From positions 333,115,122-333,179,121 of the forward strand of contig NC_058132.1 of NCBI RefSeq assembly GCF_016433145.1: a DNA stretch of 64,000 bases, read 5' to 3'. Positions within the stretch are counted from its first letter, which is position 1, and each line of letters opens with the position of its first letter. Positions 24,226 through 36,850 of the stretch are shown one piece after another. This DNA is from Gracilinanus agilis (Eukaryota). A model generated the notes under the pieces. It made no database searches. It was not told the DNA's origin and saw only the letters and a program-made list of their open reading frames with translations. The position numbers were made by a program, and so were the translations under genes.

Positions 24226-26831
24226 AAGAATACTGGAAAGGCAGGAATGGGGTAGAGAGATTTAACTGTGACAGTTTTCCCAAACAGCTAGGTACATGGT
24301 AATGTGATTAATGCAACAATATAATTTAATCTCTGAAATATTGAAGCATTATCTAATGTTTTGGGGTTTTGTTTTATTTTTGGGCAGGAGATATTTGCAT
24401 ATATGGCTATATTTTGTATTTTGGTACAATTATTGCAAATTGAGTAATGATTTCTTCTAGTTCTAATCAAAGGCAGCATTTATATTAAACTGATGTCATA
24501 CTCACAGTTTATTTCTTTCACCCAACCCCATCCCTTCATAGAATTGCACTCATTCAAGCCTGACTAAATCTTCCTGTCCTCCCTGGTTTCTTAAAATAAC
24601 TGACTAGATCAGTAATGTTGTCCCATCCCTTATGTTCTGTTAACAGATACACAGATTACAAACCTCACACTTATAGATGAGGAAATTGAGCCTCAGACTT
24701 GCCAAGGTCACACAGATAGTAAATAAAGGAGCTGGATTCAAATCCAGGTCCTCTAACTTCAAACTCAGAAGTTATTTCACTACCCTTCTTTAACACACAG
24801 TCTAGAGAAACTGTACATTCTAAAGAAACAGTATTAAACATGAGGGGCAAGAGATCTAGGTTTTAGTTATGCCACTAACTCAATGTGTCTCTCTGTGAAT
24901 CACTTCATTTCTCTGGACCTAAGGATTTTTATCTACCAAATGAAGAGATTGAGCTAGGATCTTTAAGGCAACCTCAAGTTTTAATATCCTATGGCTATAT
25001 ATGCCTTCCTGGGTACTCTTTAATTATAGATTTCCAGATTTCACTTTGACTTTTGTGACCACTTAAGTCAACTGTTCATATATGATCTTATTTATAAAGT
25101 CACAAATGGAAAAGGCACTAAAAAACCCCTCTGCTTTTTTTTCCATGCTCTAATTAAACTCTCTATATTTTTGATGGGGAAGGAAGGGTGGCATAGTTTT
25201 CTCTGATCCTACTCATATGCCTAAGGGAGTTGAAGAACTTTTTTATGTGATTTCTTATATCTCTGGTTAAAGTCACAGAATATCAGGAATGGAAAGTATC
25301 TTAGCAGCCCGCTAAGGAAAAAGGGATGGAAACTCAAGAAAGAAAGATTGAGGTTTATTGGAAAAAAACAGGAGAGGAAAGGAGGGGGAGGGGAAAAGGA
25401 TTGGAGAGGAAAGACAGCCTTTAAAGCAATTTGAGGTTGAGTTTTACTGCTTTGAGAGGTGGCAAGTTATCTGTCACTGGAGGTATTCAAGCATGTTGGG
25501 GATATTGTAGAGGGAAGCTCTAGAATCAAGTATCAGGAATCTCTGAGGTTGCTTCCAGCTCTGAGATCTTATGATTCCAACATTCTCATTCTACAAATGA
25601 GGAATCTGAGCCTGACAGAAGTTAAGGAACTTGCTAAGGATCAAAAGGCTAGTTAATGATAGAGCCAAAGTTAGTACCTGACTCATGATCAGTAGTTCAG
25701 TGGTCAACCATTCCACTCTTCCACTTATCATAGTGTTTAGTTGAATCTACTTTCTAATTGGAGGCTTTCTGATATTATTTCGGAAAGGGACTGTGACAAA
25801 GTAGATTAAGTGCTGGGTTAACCCAAGAAGACCTGGATTCAAATCCATCTTCTGACACTAGCTGCATGACCCCTAAAAGTAATTTAATCTACATGTAGCT
25901 CAGAGAGCTACTGAACTAATCTACTAAGTCAGAAATGGATTGTTGAGATGACAGGGAATTCCCATGTTAAGCCCTAAAATCTTATTTCTACATGATTCTA
26001 TTAAAATCATAGATCCAAAGTTGGAGAACTCAGAAGCAATCTAATTCACCCCCTCATTATTTATGGCTGAAGTAACCAATAACTAGAAATGTTAAGTGCC
26101 TTCTCAAGAACACACAGCTAGCAAGGGGAAAACCTGGAAGAACCCAGAACCTCAGCCCCAAAATCTAACATATTTTCCATTGTACCTTTTGCCTCTCAAG
26201 ACATTTCAGCCTTCAATAATATAGTATTGGGCTCATCATCTTATATGATATTATATGATACTATACTCATTCCAATAAATATTTGGGAATTGCATGATTC
26301 CCACTTCCCTCTGGTGCTTCTTAGGATTATAGGATTAAAGCTAGAATGCATCTTAGAGATCATCATGTGCCATCCTCTCACTTACAGAGAGAGAAACAGA
26401 GGCTCAGAGATGTTATAAATTGGCTAAGATCACATTGGTTAATAGTACAAAGAATAAGATTTGAACCCACATCATCTGAATCTGTATTTGGAACTTTTGC
26501 CTCTGAATAACAGTCTCCCCTTAAAGTTATAATAACAGAATCACATTTCTGTGGTAACATTCAGATTTCCATAAAAACTAAAGAGAAAAATAATAAGGAC
26601 AAAGAAGATATTGGGTAAATACAATATTATTTATTTTAGGTCTACTTATTTTAGACTATAAACATGAACTTATTATTTTCATGGCTGCTGGATTGTTCTT
26701 TAATGAAACCAGTTTTCTAAGTAGGGAGGAAAGAGTGGACAGAGATGGAATAAAAACAGAAACTTTATTATAGCATGAGACAATATTCAAGATAATAAAG
26801 AAAAAATTTAGGGGGGTAAAAAAATGAAGGC

Positions 26832-26833
<2 letters not shown>

Positions 26834-26880
<47 letters not shown>
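26834..26880. repeat. (GA)n microsatellite
   Basis: Perfect GA run. Confidence 1.
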
Positions 26881-26882
<2 letters not shown>

Positions 26883-27605
26883 AGTTTGTGTGTTATCCAA
26901 ACAAATAGAAAAAAAGGGAGGTTGAGGAAAGAGAATAAACTTCCCAATTGAAAGGTAAAGAATTCTCTCTGATGCCTGCTTAATGAAACATGAGTTCTTT
27001 GTAAATGTTCTCCTTAAATTCCATGATTGCTGCATGAAAATCAGAATGTGAAGAAGTAGGAATTAAAGCAAAAGAGATGAATTGGACCCGTGCACAAAAG
27101 CAACAAACTCTACCAGGGAAGAACAAGGGGTTGGGGAGGGGCAAGGAATAAGAAATAGAATAGGAAAAAGGAACTGAACTATTATGTAGGCAAGGTGTCA
27201 GTTTGGAAAGTAAAGAGAAGAAAGACAGGGAGATGGTTTGGGGAGAGACATAAATGGAGAAAATTAAAGGAGAGAGAAGATAGATTGAGACAAAGACAGA
27301 AAAAGACAGAGAGACATATATAGAAACTGAGAAACAGTAAGAGATACAGAGACAGAGTCAGGGAGAAACACAGAGAAATGAAGTCAGATAGAGAAGAAAG
27401 ACGGAGAAAAGAAGGCTTTATGCAAAGAGAAGGGAAAGAGAAACAAAAGAAAGAAGAGGAAGTTATTTTTTTAGAAAGCATTTTTTCCAGCGAAGCAGCT
27501 GTCCCTAGCCCCATCTTCATCAAACATATTCCAAAAGAGGAAATTAGACTTAACACAATACTTTTCCCTGGCCTCTAATTCCCCTCCTCCAAATCCCCTC
27601 AATGA

Positions 27606-27669
27606 ACACACATACTCATACATGCACACGCACACACACACACACACACAAACACACACATACACACAT
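27606..27669. repeat. Imperfect (CA)n microsatellite
   Basis: cacacatactcatacatgcacacgcacacaca... Confidence 0.95.
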
Positions 27670-30600
27670 TATCCCTCATCTCCCTAAGAGAAGTTTAATT
27701 TGTAAAAGCGAAGTGGAATTTAATAGAGTTTTCCGCTTGTTATTATCTGCATTAAATCATCATGCAGGAGCAAAGGCTGACAGGCCTAGGGGGAGAATAT
27801 GGTGGGCACAACAGGAAATGAACACATCAAACCTCTGGTACCTGGTTTCTGATTGAATTTTGTCACTGAATGAGAAGCAGCTTGAGATTGGAAGAAAAAG
27901 TACAAAGCTCTACATGCTGTGATTTGGTGAAAATCTGGCCCTCGGGAGCACCTGGAAATGGGTTAGTTATCAAAGCTCTCAGTTTGCTTTCTAAAATTGT
28001 TGATCCAGGACTGTTGGGGTGGACAGCTACTGTGATCCAAAGACCCATGGTCTAGAGACAAGCACTTAAATCATAAAAATCAGAGACTGTTGGGGGCTGG
28101 AAGAGAACCCAGAAATCCATCCAATTACCTTATTTTACTGTTGAAAAAACTTAAGCTCAGGAAGAATTATTTATTTAATTGTATTGTTGTGAAAAGAACA
28201 TTGATATGGAGTCAGAGTCCAAATCCCACATCTACCTGTGTGACTTTGGAAAAAGTCACTTTATCTCTCTTTAGGAGTCAGTTTTCTCATCTATAAAATT
28301 AAAGATTTATGTAAGATGATTTCTGAGGTCCCTTCTAGCTCTGGGTGAATTAACTTGTCCTACTATTATTATTCCTTCCTTGGTTTATTATTCGTAATCA
28401 GTCGCAGTTTGAAAAACCAGGACATAATATGTAAAGAAGCATATGGAATATTGTCCTAGTAGTTGAGGCCCATGTTCCAGTCCTGACTCTTCCCCTGACC
28501 ACTTGTGGGGCCATGGGTATGTTACTTCTCCCCTACGTAAAGAAAGAGGGTTTATTCCCTTATTCCTAATAAGACAACCACTATACCAATTCAGGCCTCC
28601 TCCCTCACCTCTCATATCAACTATTGCAATTGTCAATAAATTGGTACATCTCATTCTACCTCTACCTTCGGCAGTCTACTTTCCACACAGCTGCCAAAAA
28701 AGAGATCTGAAGTATGTCTGATCTTGTCAATCCCCTGCACAAGAAACTTCTCTATAGCCTCTAGGATAAAAATATAAAATCCTGCTCATCATTGAAAACT
28801 CTTAACAATCTGGCACCAACCTGTATTTCCAGACTAATTTCTTTTTTATTCTCCTTTGGCACACTTTTGATTAGATTTGCCATCTGATGAGTACACAGAG
28901 TCACAGATTGAGCACTAGACATGGGATCAGGAAGAACTGGGGTCAAATTCCACTTTAGCTTAGCAGTGTGGACCCTGGACAAGTCACTTTAATCTTTCTG
29001 TGGTTCCATTTCCTTACCTGTAAATTGAGAGAGATTGGACTCAGTGGTCTCTACCCTCTCTAAATCTGACATCCTATGAATTCTTAAACTATGGCTAAAC
29101 TTTCATTACCCACCTGCCTTCCCTTACAGAGCCCTTCTCCTCACTCATGTAGACTCCTCCCTTTGTTCACAGGATTACCTTCCCTCCAGCACATGATAAC
29201 CAGAACTTTTATACTGTCCAGTGGATGCACATGACTTTCACTCAAACTCTTCCTGGTTACCAGAACTGTATGCTCTGGACCTATCTCTCTATTCTCTTCA
29301 TCTAGGAAAATTTATTTCCAGACCTATTGACTTAGTGGCTATCCTACTGATAGGAGGTGGTGTTCTATTCTGCACTAGAAATCAAGCTACCTAAATTCTA
29401 GTCCTACTTACTTATTGTTACTTACTCTGCCCCAGTCAATGCTCCTCTATGGGTCCCAATTGTATTATCCATAAAATAGAGAGATTTGACTATATGACCT
29501 CTTAAGTCCCGCAGAGCTCTAAGTTTCAATGTCTCTATGATGATTCATTTGTTAAATGCCAATTATTGTGCTAAGCCCTGGGGTTACAACAATAAATATG
29601 ACACAGACCTGATTCAGAGAAAATAGCTTAGGACATAATAAGTCTTATCACTGCAGATATTCTAGCAAAAATTGGATTGCATGATGACTTATTGTGGATG
29701 CTTCAAGTAAGGAGTTCTTAACCTTGTGGAACACTCCTCAGAATAATGTTTTAAATATATAAAATTGTATCCATTGGATTACAAAGGATATCAAATATGT
29801 CAAAACAATAAGTGTGATGTAAGAGAAAGTGAGACAAAGGAGAAAAAGAAAGTGAGATAAAATCCAAGTAAAGTAATATGAGAGAGGATGGTTAAATAAA
29901 GTATGTAAGGGAATAAACAAAAAAATATGGCAGAATAGGAAAAACCTAAGGAAATGTTTATGTAGTGATATAGAGTTAAATGAGCAGAAGTCAGAGACTA
30001 ATTTGCACAATTACCCTAATAATATGAGAAAATCTGTTGAAAAGACTTCAGAATTCTAATCAATTCCATGACTAATCAGGGTTCCAGAGGACTGAAGATG
30101 AATTCTGCTTCCCAGCCTCCTAGCAGAAGTAACTGACAAGTACAGAATGAGATATATATGTTGAGACCCGGTCAATGGGTTGGCTTGTTTCACTCTGCAT
30201 CAGTTTATATGTCTTTTTAGGTTTCTCTAAAGCTGTTATATTTGTCATAAGAGAGGACTTCTATTTGGGCATAGGCCGGGGAAGAGTTGGTAGATAGTGA
30301 AATGTATGAAAAGAAGGAGAAATAAGGAGGAAACACTGTGAAACATGCAATCATCTTTTATGTTTTCTTTATGTATTGAAATTTTCATATTTGTTGACAT
30401 TTAAGGTCATCATAAAAAAGTAATGTTAAAAAAAACAAAAATAAAATGAGAAATTTGAAAGAGAGATTAATTGAGGCTGTTAGTGGGAGAAGAGAGAGTG
30501 TCAAGGAAGTCTTCATGGAGGAAACAGAAACTGACTTGGTCCTGAATAAAGGGAATAAAGGAAATAAAGATTGGAGAGGGAGGTGATTGTGTTCATTCCT

Positions 30601-30889
30601 CATATGGAGTATGCTGTGAACAAAAGTGCAGAAGAGGGAGAGGGTGAGATGTAAGAGGTGGGAATGAAGAGGAGGTGCTGATTAGTCAAGTATGACAAGA
30701 AAATAGAGTAAGTGGAAGAAAATAGTATCACCTAAGACTAGAAAAGCAAATCTGGTTATTGAGAGCCTTAAATGCCACTATGAGAAGTTTATCTGATAAG
30801 CAATGGGGAGCCACAATAAGTTTTTGAGTGTAAGAGTGAATAAAATGAGAGCTAAGTATGCTATATTACATATTATATATAACTCCCTA

Positions 30890-32070
30890 TGGAATTATTT
30901 GTGTTTGGGCTCTGTTATTTAACATTTTGATCAATAACTTCAAAAAAAGCATAGGTATCTTGCTTACCAAACTGGCAAATCACACTAAGCTGAGAAGGAT
31001 AGCCAACACATTTCCCAATGGAGTCAAGACCCACCCCCCCAACCAAAAAAAAAATAATGACTGGCTCTAACACTAGAGCAAATCTAATACGATGGAATTG
31101 TACTGGGGTAAATATAAATTCTTAGGTTAAAAATCCACATATTTCACTAGCATAGGACAAAAGAAAGTTGGTAAGAAAGCCATTTGGTTAGTTAGAAAGA
31201 AAAAAAAAAGCAAGCTGGGGAATGGAGCAGAGTGCAAGCAAACTGTGCATTAGCAATATAATATGGCCAGCCAAAAAGGTTAATGTAGTTTTGGGCCACA
31301 TTAAAGAAGGGATAGTTTCTGGAGGAAGCGATAGCCTGGTTGTGTTCTTCCTAGTCAGTCTCCATTTGGAATAGTGTTGATTTATAGGAAGGCTTTAAGA
31401 ACACCCAGAAGCCATAGAACATCCAGAGGAATTAACAGGATGATAAAGGGTCATGAGCTGTCATTTAAGAATCAAATTGTTGAAGGAACTGGTGATGTTT
31501 AACCTAGAAAAGTCTTTGGGTTAGGGGAGACAGGATAACTCCCCACATATTTGAAAGCTTTTCATTTGGATAAGGAACATGCTCTGTCTGACTGTGTAAG
31601 GCAAACCTAGGAGTGATCAATTGAAATAGCAAAAAGATAAATTTTGGGGCAGCTGGGTAGCTCAGTGGAGTGAGAGTTGGGCCTAGAGACGGGAGGTCCT
31701 GGGTTCAAACCCGGCCTCAGCCACTTCCCAGCTGTGTGACCCTGGGCAGGTCACTTGACCCCCATTGCCCACCCTTACCACTCTTCCACCTATGGGACAA
31801 TACACCGAAGTACAAGGGTTAAAAAAAAAAAGATAAATTTTGGCTTAATGTCAAGAAAAACCTAACAATTAGAGCCGGACAAAAGGAGCATGGGTTGCCT
31901 TGGAAGCTTAGGAATAAATTTCCTTCATGAAAGGGCTTCAAGAAAATATATATAATCATTTGTTATGTATTTTGCGGAACAGCATCCCTTTTATGTTTTT
32001 TATGTACACCAGTACAAGTTGGAGTAGACAGCATCTAAGATGCCTTCCATTTCTGAAATTCTGTAATTAC
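30890..32070 (+). mobile_element. CR1/L3 LINE (RT to 3' end), interrupted by a young SINE
   Basis: LFNILINNFKKSIGILLTKLANHTKLRRIAN matches the CR1 RT motif; L3 3' sequence resumes after 31843. Confidence 0.85.
31648..31826 (+). mobile_element. Young opossum SINE (SINE1_Mdo-like)
   Basis: Retained CpGs (gagacggg, aacccggc, caccgaag), pure A-tail, and perfect 17 bp TSD aaaaagataaattttgg (31631-31647 / 31827-31843). Confidence 0.95.
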
Positions 32071-33629
32071 ATATTAAAACATTTAAAACAAGATTCGTAG
32101 AATTAGAAACACATAGGAACAGTGTGTTTCTTTTCTAAGTAATCTGCAAGTGTTGCCAATCATAATCCTTTTCCTTATTCTTTAGTCTCCTTTAAAGAAA
32201 AACAAAATTAATTTTTCCTTTTACCTCAAGAGGCTATTAGTAGATATATGAATGATAGCAAAGGATTTGTGGAAGGAATTTGTGGGAGATGTGGCTGGAA
32301 GAGTGGATAGGGACCAGATTGTGGGAGAGCTAACAGATTGTCAGACAAACTAACAGCATCTCAGCTCCTATCTCAGCTGCAAAGCAGAAGAAACCTGGAG
32401 TAAAAAACATGTGTGGAGAGTGAGTCTTCGAGAAGTCCTGCTTCTAAGCAAAGACCCTTGGGTCAGAGCCCTAAAGAAATCAGGCTGTGATAAAAAAATT
32501 GCTAACTAATAAACATATGGCTTGTTCTTTGTATTCTAAGATGAGGTTGCAGATGGTGACCATGGGGGGATGTAGCTACAAAAACTTATAGATGACCAAC
32601 AGTCATTTGCACACTGTGCACACATAAAAGCTAGCCTTTGGTTGACAGATGCAGTGTTATTTTCAGAACCTGGCCCTATTTGATGTTCAGATGAGGGGGC
32701 AAAGGAGGTCAACGATTGTGCTGTGGAGTTGGAAACTGATTGAAGCATCATTGTATTAAGATCAGCTGGGGCTTTCCTGCTGCTGGTTGCCAAATCCAAG
32801 CCTTGGACTCCTCCCTGTCTTCAAATTCAGCTTCAAAGACCCATCATTTTTGATTCATATTCTCAACTAACTCAGCAGCTGAAGGTTGGCATTTCTATGC
32901 TATCAGACACTGTGTTTATTTGCTGCTGTTCTTGTTGGGTGTACTTCAATTAATTTTTTATTTTAATCAATGATTCATTTTAATCAGTGTTTCAATTTAA
33001 TTAAAGTCTTGTTCTAATTGAGTAACTTGTTTTTTGGTCATTGTTTGCTTGGTGCTCACACATAAAGCAAAAAAGAAGGAAAAAATTAGAAGAATAATCT
33101 TGAAGAAAGAAATCAATCAATGACCAAATATTTAGCTTCGACTGAAATACTGTTCATAAAGAACCTAGCCTAATGCTAGTGCAATGGTTTGTCCTTTTGG
33201 GCTCCCAGAGTCAATAAAACAAATCCGTTGATGTAGGCTCCTTTCCCAAGCAACATCCTCCCTTAGGTTTTAAAAGCTGGGTCATAATACAAAATGTGTC
33301 TTCTTGGCTCAAACATCTACCCAGCACTTCTTGGATCCAACATCACCACAGGCAATTATATGACGTAATTCAAGCAAGATATAGTATAAAAGGATGGGGG
33401 AAAGGGAAGCTTAATGGGGATCAAGTATGAACATAAATCATCACCCTTTTCACCCAGGGGAGATTTTATAGAAAACAACTCTCTCTTCCCTCTTAGAGAA
33501 TTATTGATGCTTTACAGGCTTGAAATTTGGGGAGAAAACTTGAGCTGTCAAAGTAGGAAGACACATTGTCCTATGTCATAGCTCTTCCCACAGCTCCTGG
33601 CATCATGAATATTAAAAACTTTGGCAACT

Positions 33630-33762
33630 TGACTCAAATATCCAGGGTCTATTGGCTTCTTCCAAGGGATTGTGGTTGGTTGGTGATTCCTGTATCTCTC
33701 TCTATATAGTCTCTAATACCCTGAGGTCTATTTATTGGCCCTCCAGGTGAGTATCACAAGAT
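33630..33762 (+). repeat. Inverted repeat, arm 1 (unclassified)
   Basis: Reverse complement of 35350-35478; by hand alignment 22 mismatches plus one 4 nt indel. Confidence 0.95.
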
Positions 33763-33932
33763 NNNNNNNNNNNNNNNNNNNNNNNNNNNNNNNNNNNNNN
33801 NNNNNNNNNNNNNNNNNNNNNNNNNNNNNNNNNNNNNNNNNNNNNNNNNNNNNNNNNNNNNNNNNNNNNNNNNNNNNNNNNNNNNNNNNNNNNNNNNNNN
33901 NNNNNNNNNNNNNNNNNNNNNNNNNNNNNNNN
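33763..33932. other. Assembly gap (170 N)
   Basis: Run of N. Confidence 1.
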
Positions 33933-34858
33933 AAGTCACTGACACTATCTCTGCTGAACCTTCTCATAGCAACTGTGGAGTTATGTACACTTCTAGAATA
34001 TAGTCTCTTAGGAAGTTATTCAGAACTCTTTATAGTTACCTATTCAAACAATTCTGTGTGATAGGGCACACTGCCATACTTCTAGCCCTTTCCTTGGTCT
34101 TCTGTGTTAACAATACACTGTATTTGGCACAAATCAGTTGACTCTCCCCAGGCCTCCTTAGGTGCTCTTGTATTTGTCTGTGAGTGTTTGCCATGACTGC
34201 TCAGCATCATCCAAGGTTAGACATCTAAGTAGGTGTCTTCAAGGTGCTTCAAGATAAGAATACCTATTCACCCCTGATTGCACTTAGAATCCAAATGTTT
34301 ATGTGAAGAAATCATATTTTATATGATTTTATGAAAATCAATTAACGAAATGTATATGCAATATCTGCACAATGACCTACAATCACTCTTTTGAGTACTC
34401 AACAAAATTATATAAATGTTCATCAATAATTCTCAGTTCTGCTAGTTTTCTCCTTAACCTCTAACAGCACAGATTGCAGAAACTTGGAGATAATTCTATG
34501 TCTATATTATTCTATGTCTAAAGATGCTAGAATAATCTCAGGATATCATCCCAGGCCTAATTCCATCCAAGTCAGAGAGAAAAACACTTAGATCTACAGA
34601 CAGACAGACATACAGACAGAGAGAAAGATTAAAAGAGACAGAGAGAAACAGAGACAGCAGCAGAGACAAGTATAGACAAAGAGAGAAATATAGAGAAACC
34701 AAGAAGGTGTACTCCAAACGGGTGGTGGTAGGAGGTTAGGAGAAGGAAGGGAAAAGAAGAAACAACTACTCACATATAGTCAAGCTCAAGATAAAAATTA
34801 AAGTGGAAGAGAGAATATACTTGTGATCCCATTTTAGGAACATTTGGAATATCAGAAA

Positions 34859-35060
34859 CAGGTGCATGTTGGAACCAGCTCTAACTGACTCAGAAAGTTA
34901 ATTGTTAAATTTTTGGTGTGAATACTTATTCTTTGGAAAATTGGCAAAAGTTACAAATCAAAATTTGATTTACTGTTTTATTGATTGTCTAGTCCTAGGA
35001 AAGTTATGGAGAAAATGTCAATAATACAGATAAGACAAATTGTGTCATGTATACCGCCTT
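34859..35060 (+). mobile_element. Marsupial hAT (Tip100-like) MITE, partial
   Basis: gttggaaccagctctaactgactcagaaagttaattgttaaattttt...ttgattgtctagtcctaggaaagttatggagaaaatgtcaataat matches a recalled marsupial MITE. Confidence 0.6.
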
Positions 35061-35094
35061 AGGTATACATAATACATACATACATAGTTAGAAG

Positions 35095-35250
35095 CAAATT
35101 ATATTATACCATATCATATCATATTATATCATTTCATATCATATTATATATTATATTGTTACATTATATTATGTCACATTATGTTTTGTTATGTCATTTT
35201 GTTACATTATGTTATGTTATGTTACGTTACGTTATATTATTTTATGTTAT
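35095..35250. repeat. Compound pentanucleotide repeat (ATATC > ATATT > ATGTT > ACGTT)
   Basis: Visible period-5 array with a drifting unit. Confidence 0.9.
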
Positions 35251-35349
35251 GTTCAGTATGAGTAGTATGAGAAAAAGAGAGAGAGAAACAGGGTTGGGGA
35301 GGGAAAAGGAGAGAGAGTAGGGAATGGAGAGAAGAGAAGGAGAAGAGAA

Positions 35350-35478
35350 ATCTTGGGATACTGACCTGGAGGCCCAATAACTAGATCGCGGGGAATTAGG
35401 AACTATAGAGAGAGAGATATAGAAGTCACCAACCACAGTCCCTTGGGAGAAGTCAATAGATTCTGAATACATGAGTCA
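35350..35478 (-). repeat. Inverted repeat, arm 2 (unclassified)
   Basis: Reverse complement of 33630-33762. Confidence 0.95.
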
Positions 35479-35482
35479 TGTA

Positions 35483-36555
35483 CAGTGGTGATACACGAGC
35501 ACCTTAAGTCATGAGCAATTTGAGATACGAGCAGTCATGCTTAGGATTTTTGCTTTAAGTCATGAGCAGATATTTGAATCACAAGCTTCCACCACCCTCC
35601 ACTAGATAGCCTGCCAAATGTTTGGTTTCACAAGTTACACGCTGCTGTCTCCTTTAGTTCAGTGTTTATCTGGCCGTGTAAGCATCTATATTGAACTGCT
35701 TTTGCTTTCTTCTTTATTTTTGTCTTTATTATCAGTTTTTTTGGCAATTTTTTTTAACTTTTAACCATGGGTCCTGATAAGGGAGGAATTGAAGGAGTTA
35801 CAGCAGCAGCAGCATAAGGAGGTTTTGTAGGAAATTAGTGGGGAGGAGCCTGAAGTAGATGACGTGTCAGTACAAGTGAGATTAAGGAAATGTTGAGGAT
35901 TTGAGAAAAAATTAAAGTTTATTGAAAAGACACACTCAGAAAAAGTTGCAACAGATCATGCATTGGAACTGTGTAATGACACTTGTTTCACACATCATCA
36001 AAATGTTCTGAAAGGGAAGAAGAAACCAACTTCCATGGAACGGTTTTTGTTAAAATGGTCTCTAAGTGAAATCGAGGAAAATGTGGCAAAAAGAGTCACA
36101 ATTCAATGAAAAAATGAAAAGTAAAAAAAAGTAAAAAATAGCAATTAAGTTTAGCAATAAAGTTACATATCATAAATAATATGTAAGGTCAATTTTGCAT
36201 TTAAATGTAGCATTAGGTTTATAGAGAGTAAGTTATGTTAAACAATAGCAAATGAAATGAAAACCGTCTCTGCCAGTATCTTCACCTGACCTTGAAGGTA
36301 AATAACATTTCATAAGCAAGTTTATTTCTTAACATTCTTTCTTATTATCTCTAAATAAATTTATTTGTTATTTATAAAGTATATTTTTGTATTCAAAAGC
36401 ATATAAAACAAAAAATTCATCTGGTTTTGGGGGGCCAGAATGGATTAATTGCATTTCCATTCATTTAAATGGGGAAATTCAATTTGATACATGAGCAAAT
36501 TGAGTTATGACTTTAGCTACGGAACGAATTAAATTCATGTGTCAATGTACCATTG
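35483..36555 (+). mobile_element. TcMar-Tigger (pogo-like) internally deleted transposon
   Basis: TA on both sides (35481-2, 36556-7); ends cagtggt / accattg; transposase start MGPDK at 35767 and C-terminal relic KFIEKTHSEKVATDHALELCNDTCFTHHQNVLKGKKKPTSMERFLLK (~35917-36110). Confidence 0.9.
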
Positions 36556-36850
36556 TATATGTATGTATGTATGTACGTATGTATAAGTTCCTTGAGGGTA
36601 AAGACAGTATTTTTAAAAAAAAATTAATGTTTTTGTCCCCAGTGCCCTGGACACAGTTATTGATGATTACTTCAAAATACTCCTACCAACAATTCCTTCC
36701 TCTTCCTCCATTCCTATTGCCACCAATCTAAACCAGTTCCTCATCACCATATACCTTATTTTGTTAACTAACTTCTCTAACTCACCCTTCTTATAATTTA
36801 TCCTGTATGGTATTGCCAGGCTAATGTTTTCTTTAATAACTAAACTTTCT

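Noticed and set aside
29188-29277. Short direct repeats (accagaact, gcacatga)
   Set aside because: Only 8-13 bp with irregular spacing; compatible with chance.
33741-33756. Minus-strand ATACTCACCTGG resembling the U1 snRNA 5' end
   Set aside because: Similarity stops after about 12 nt; it is simply the complement of a 5' splice-site consensus, with no U1 stem-loops or Sm site.
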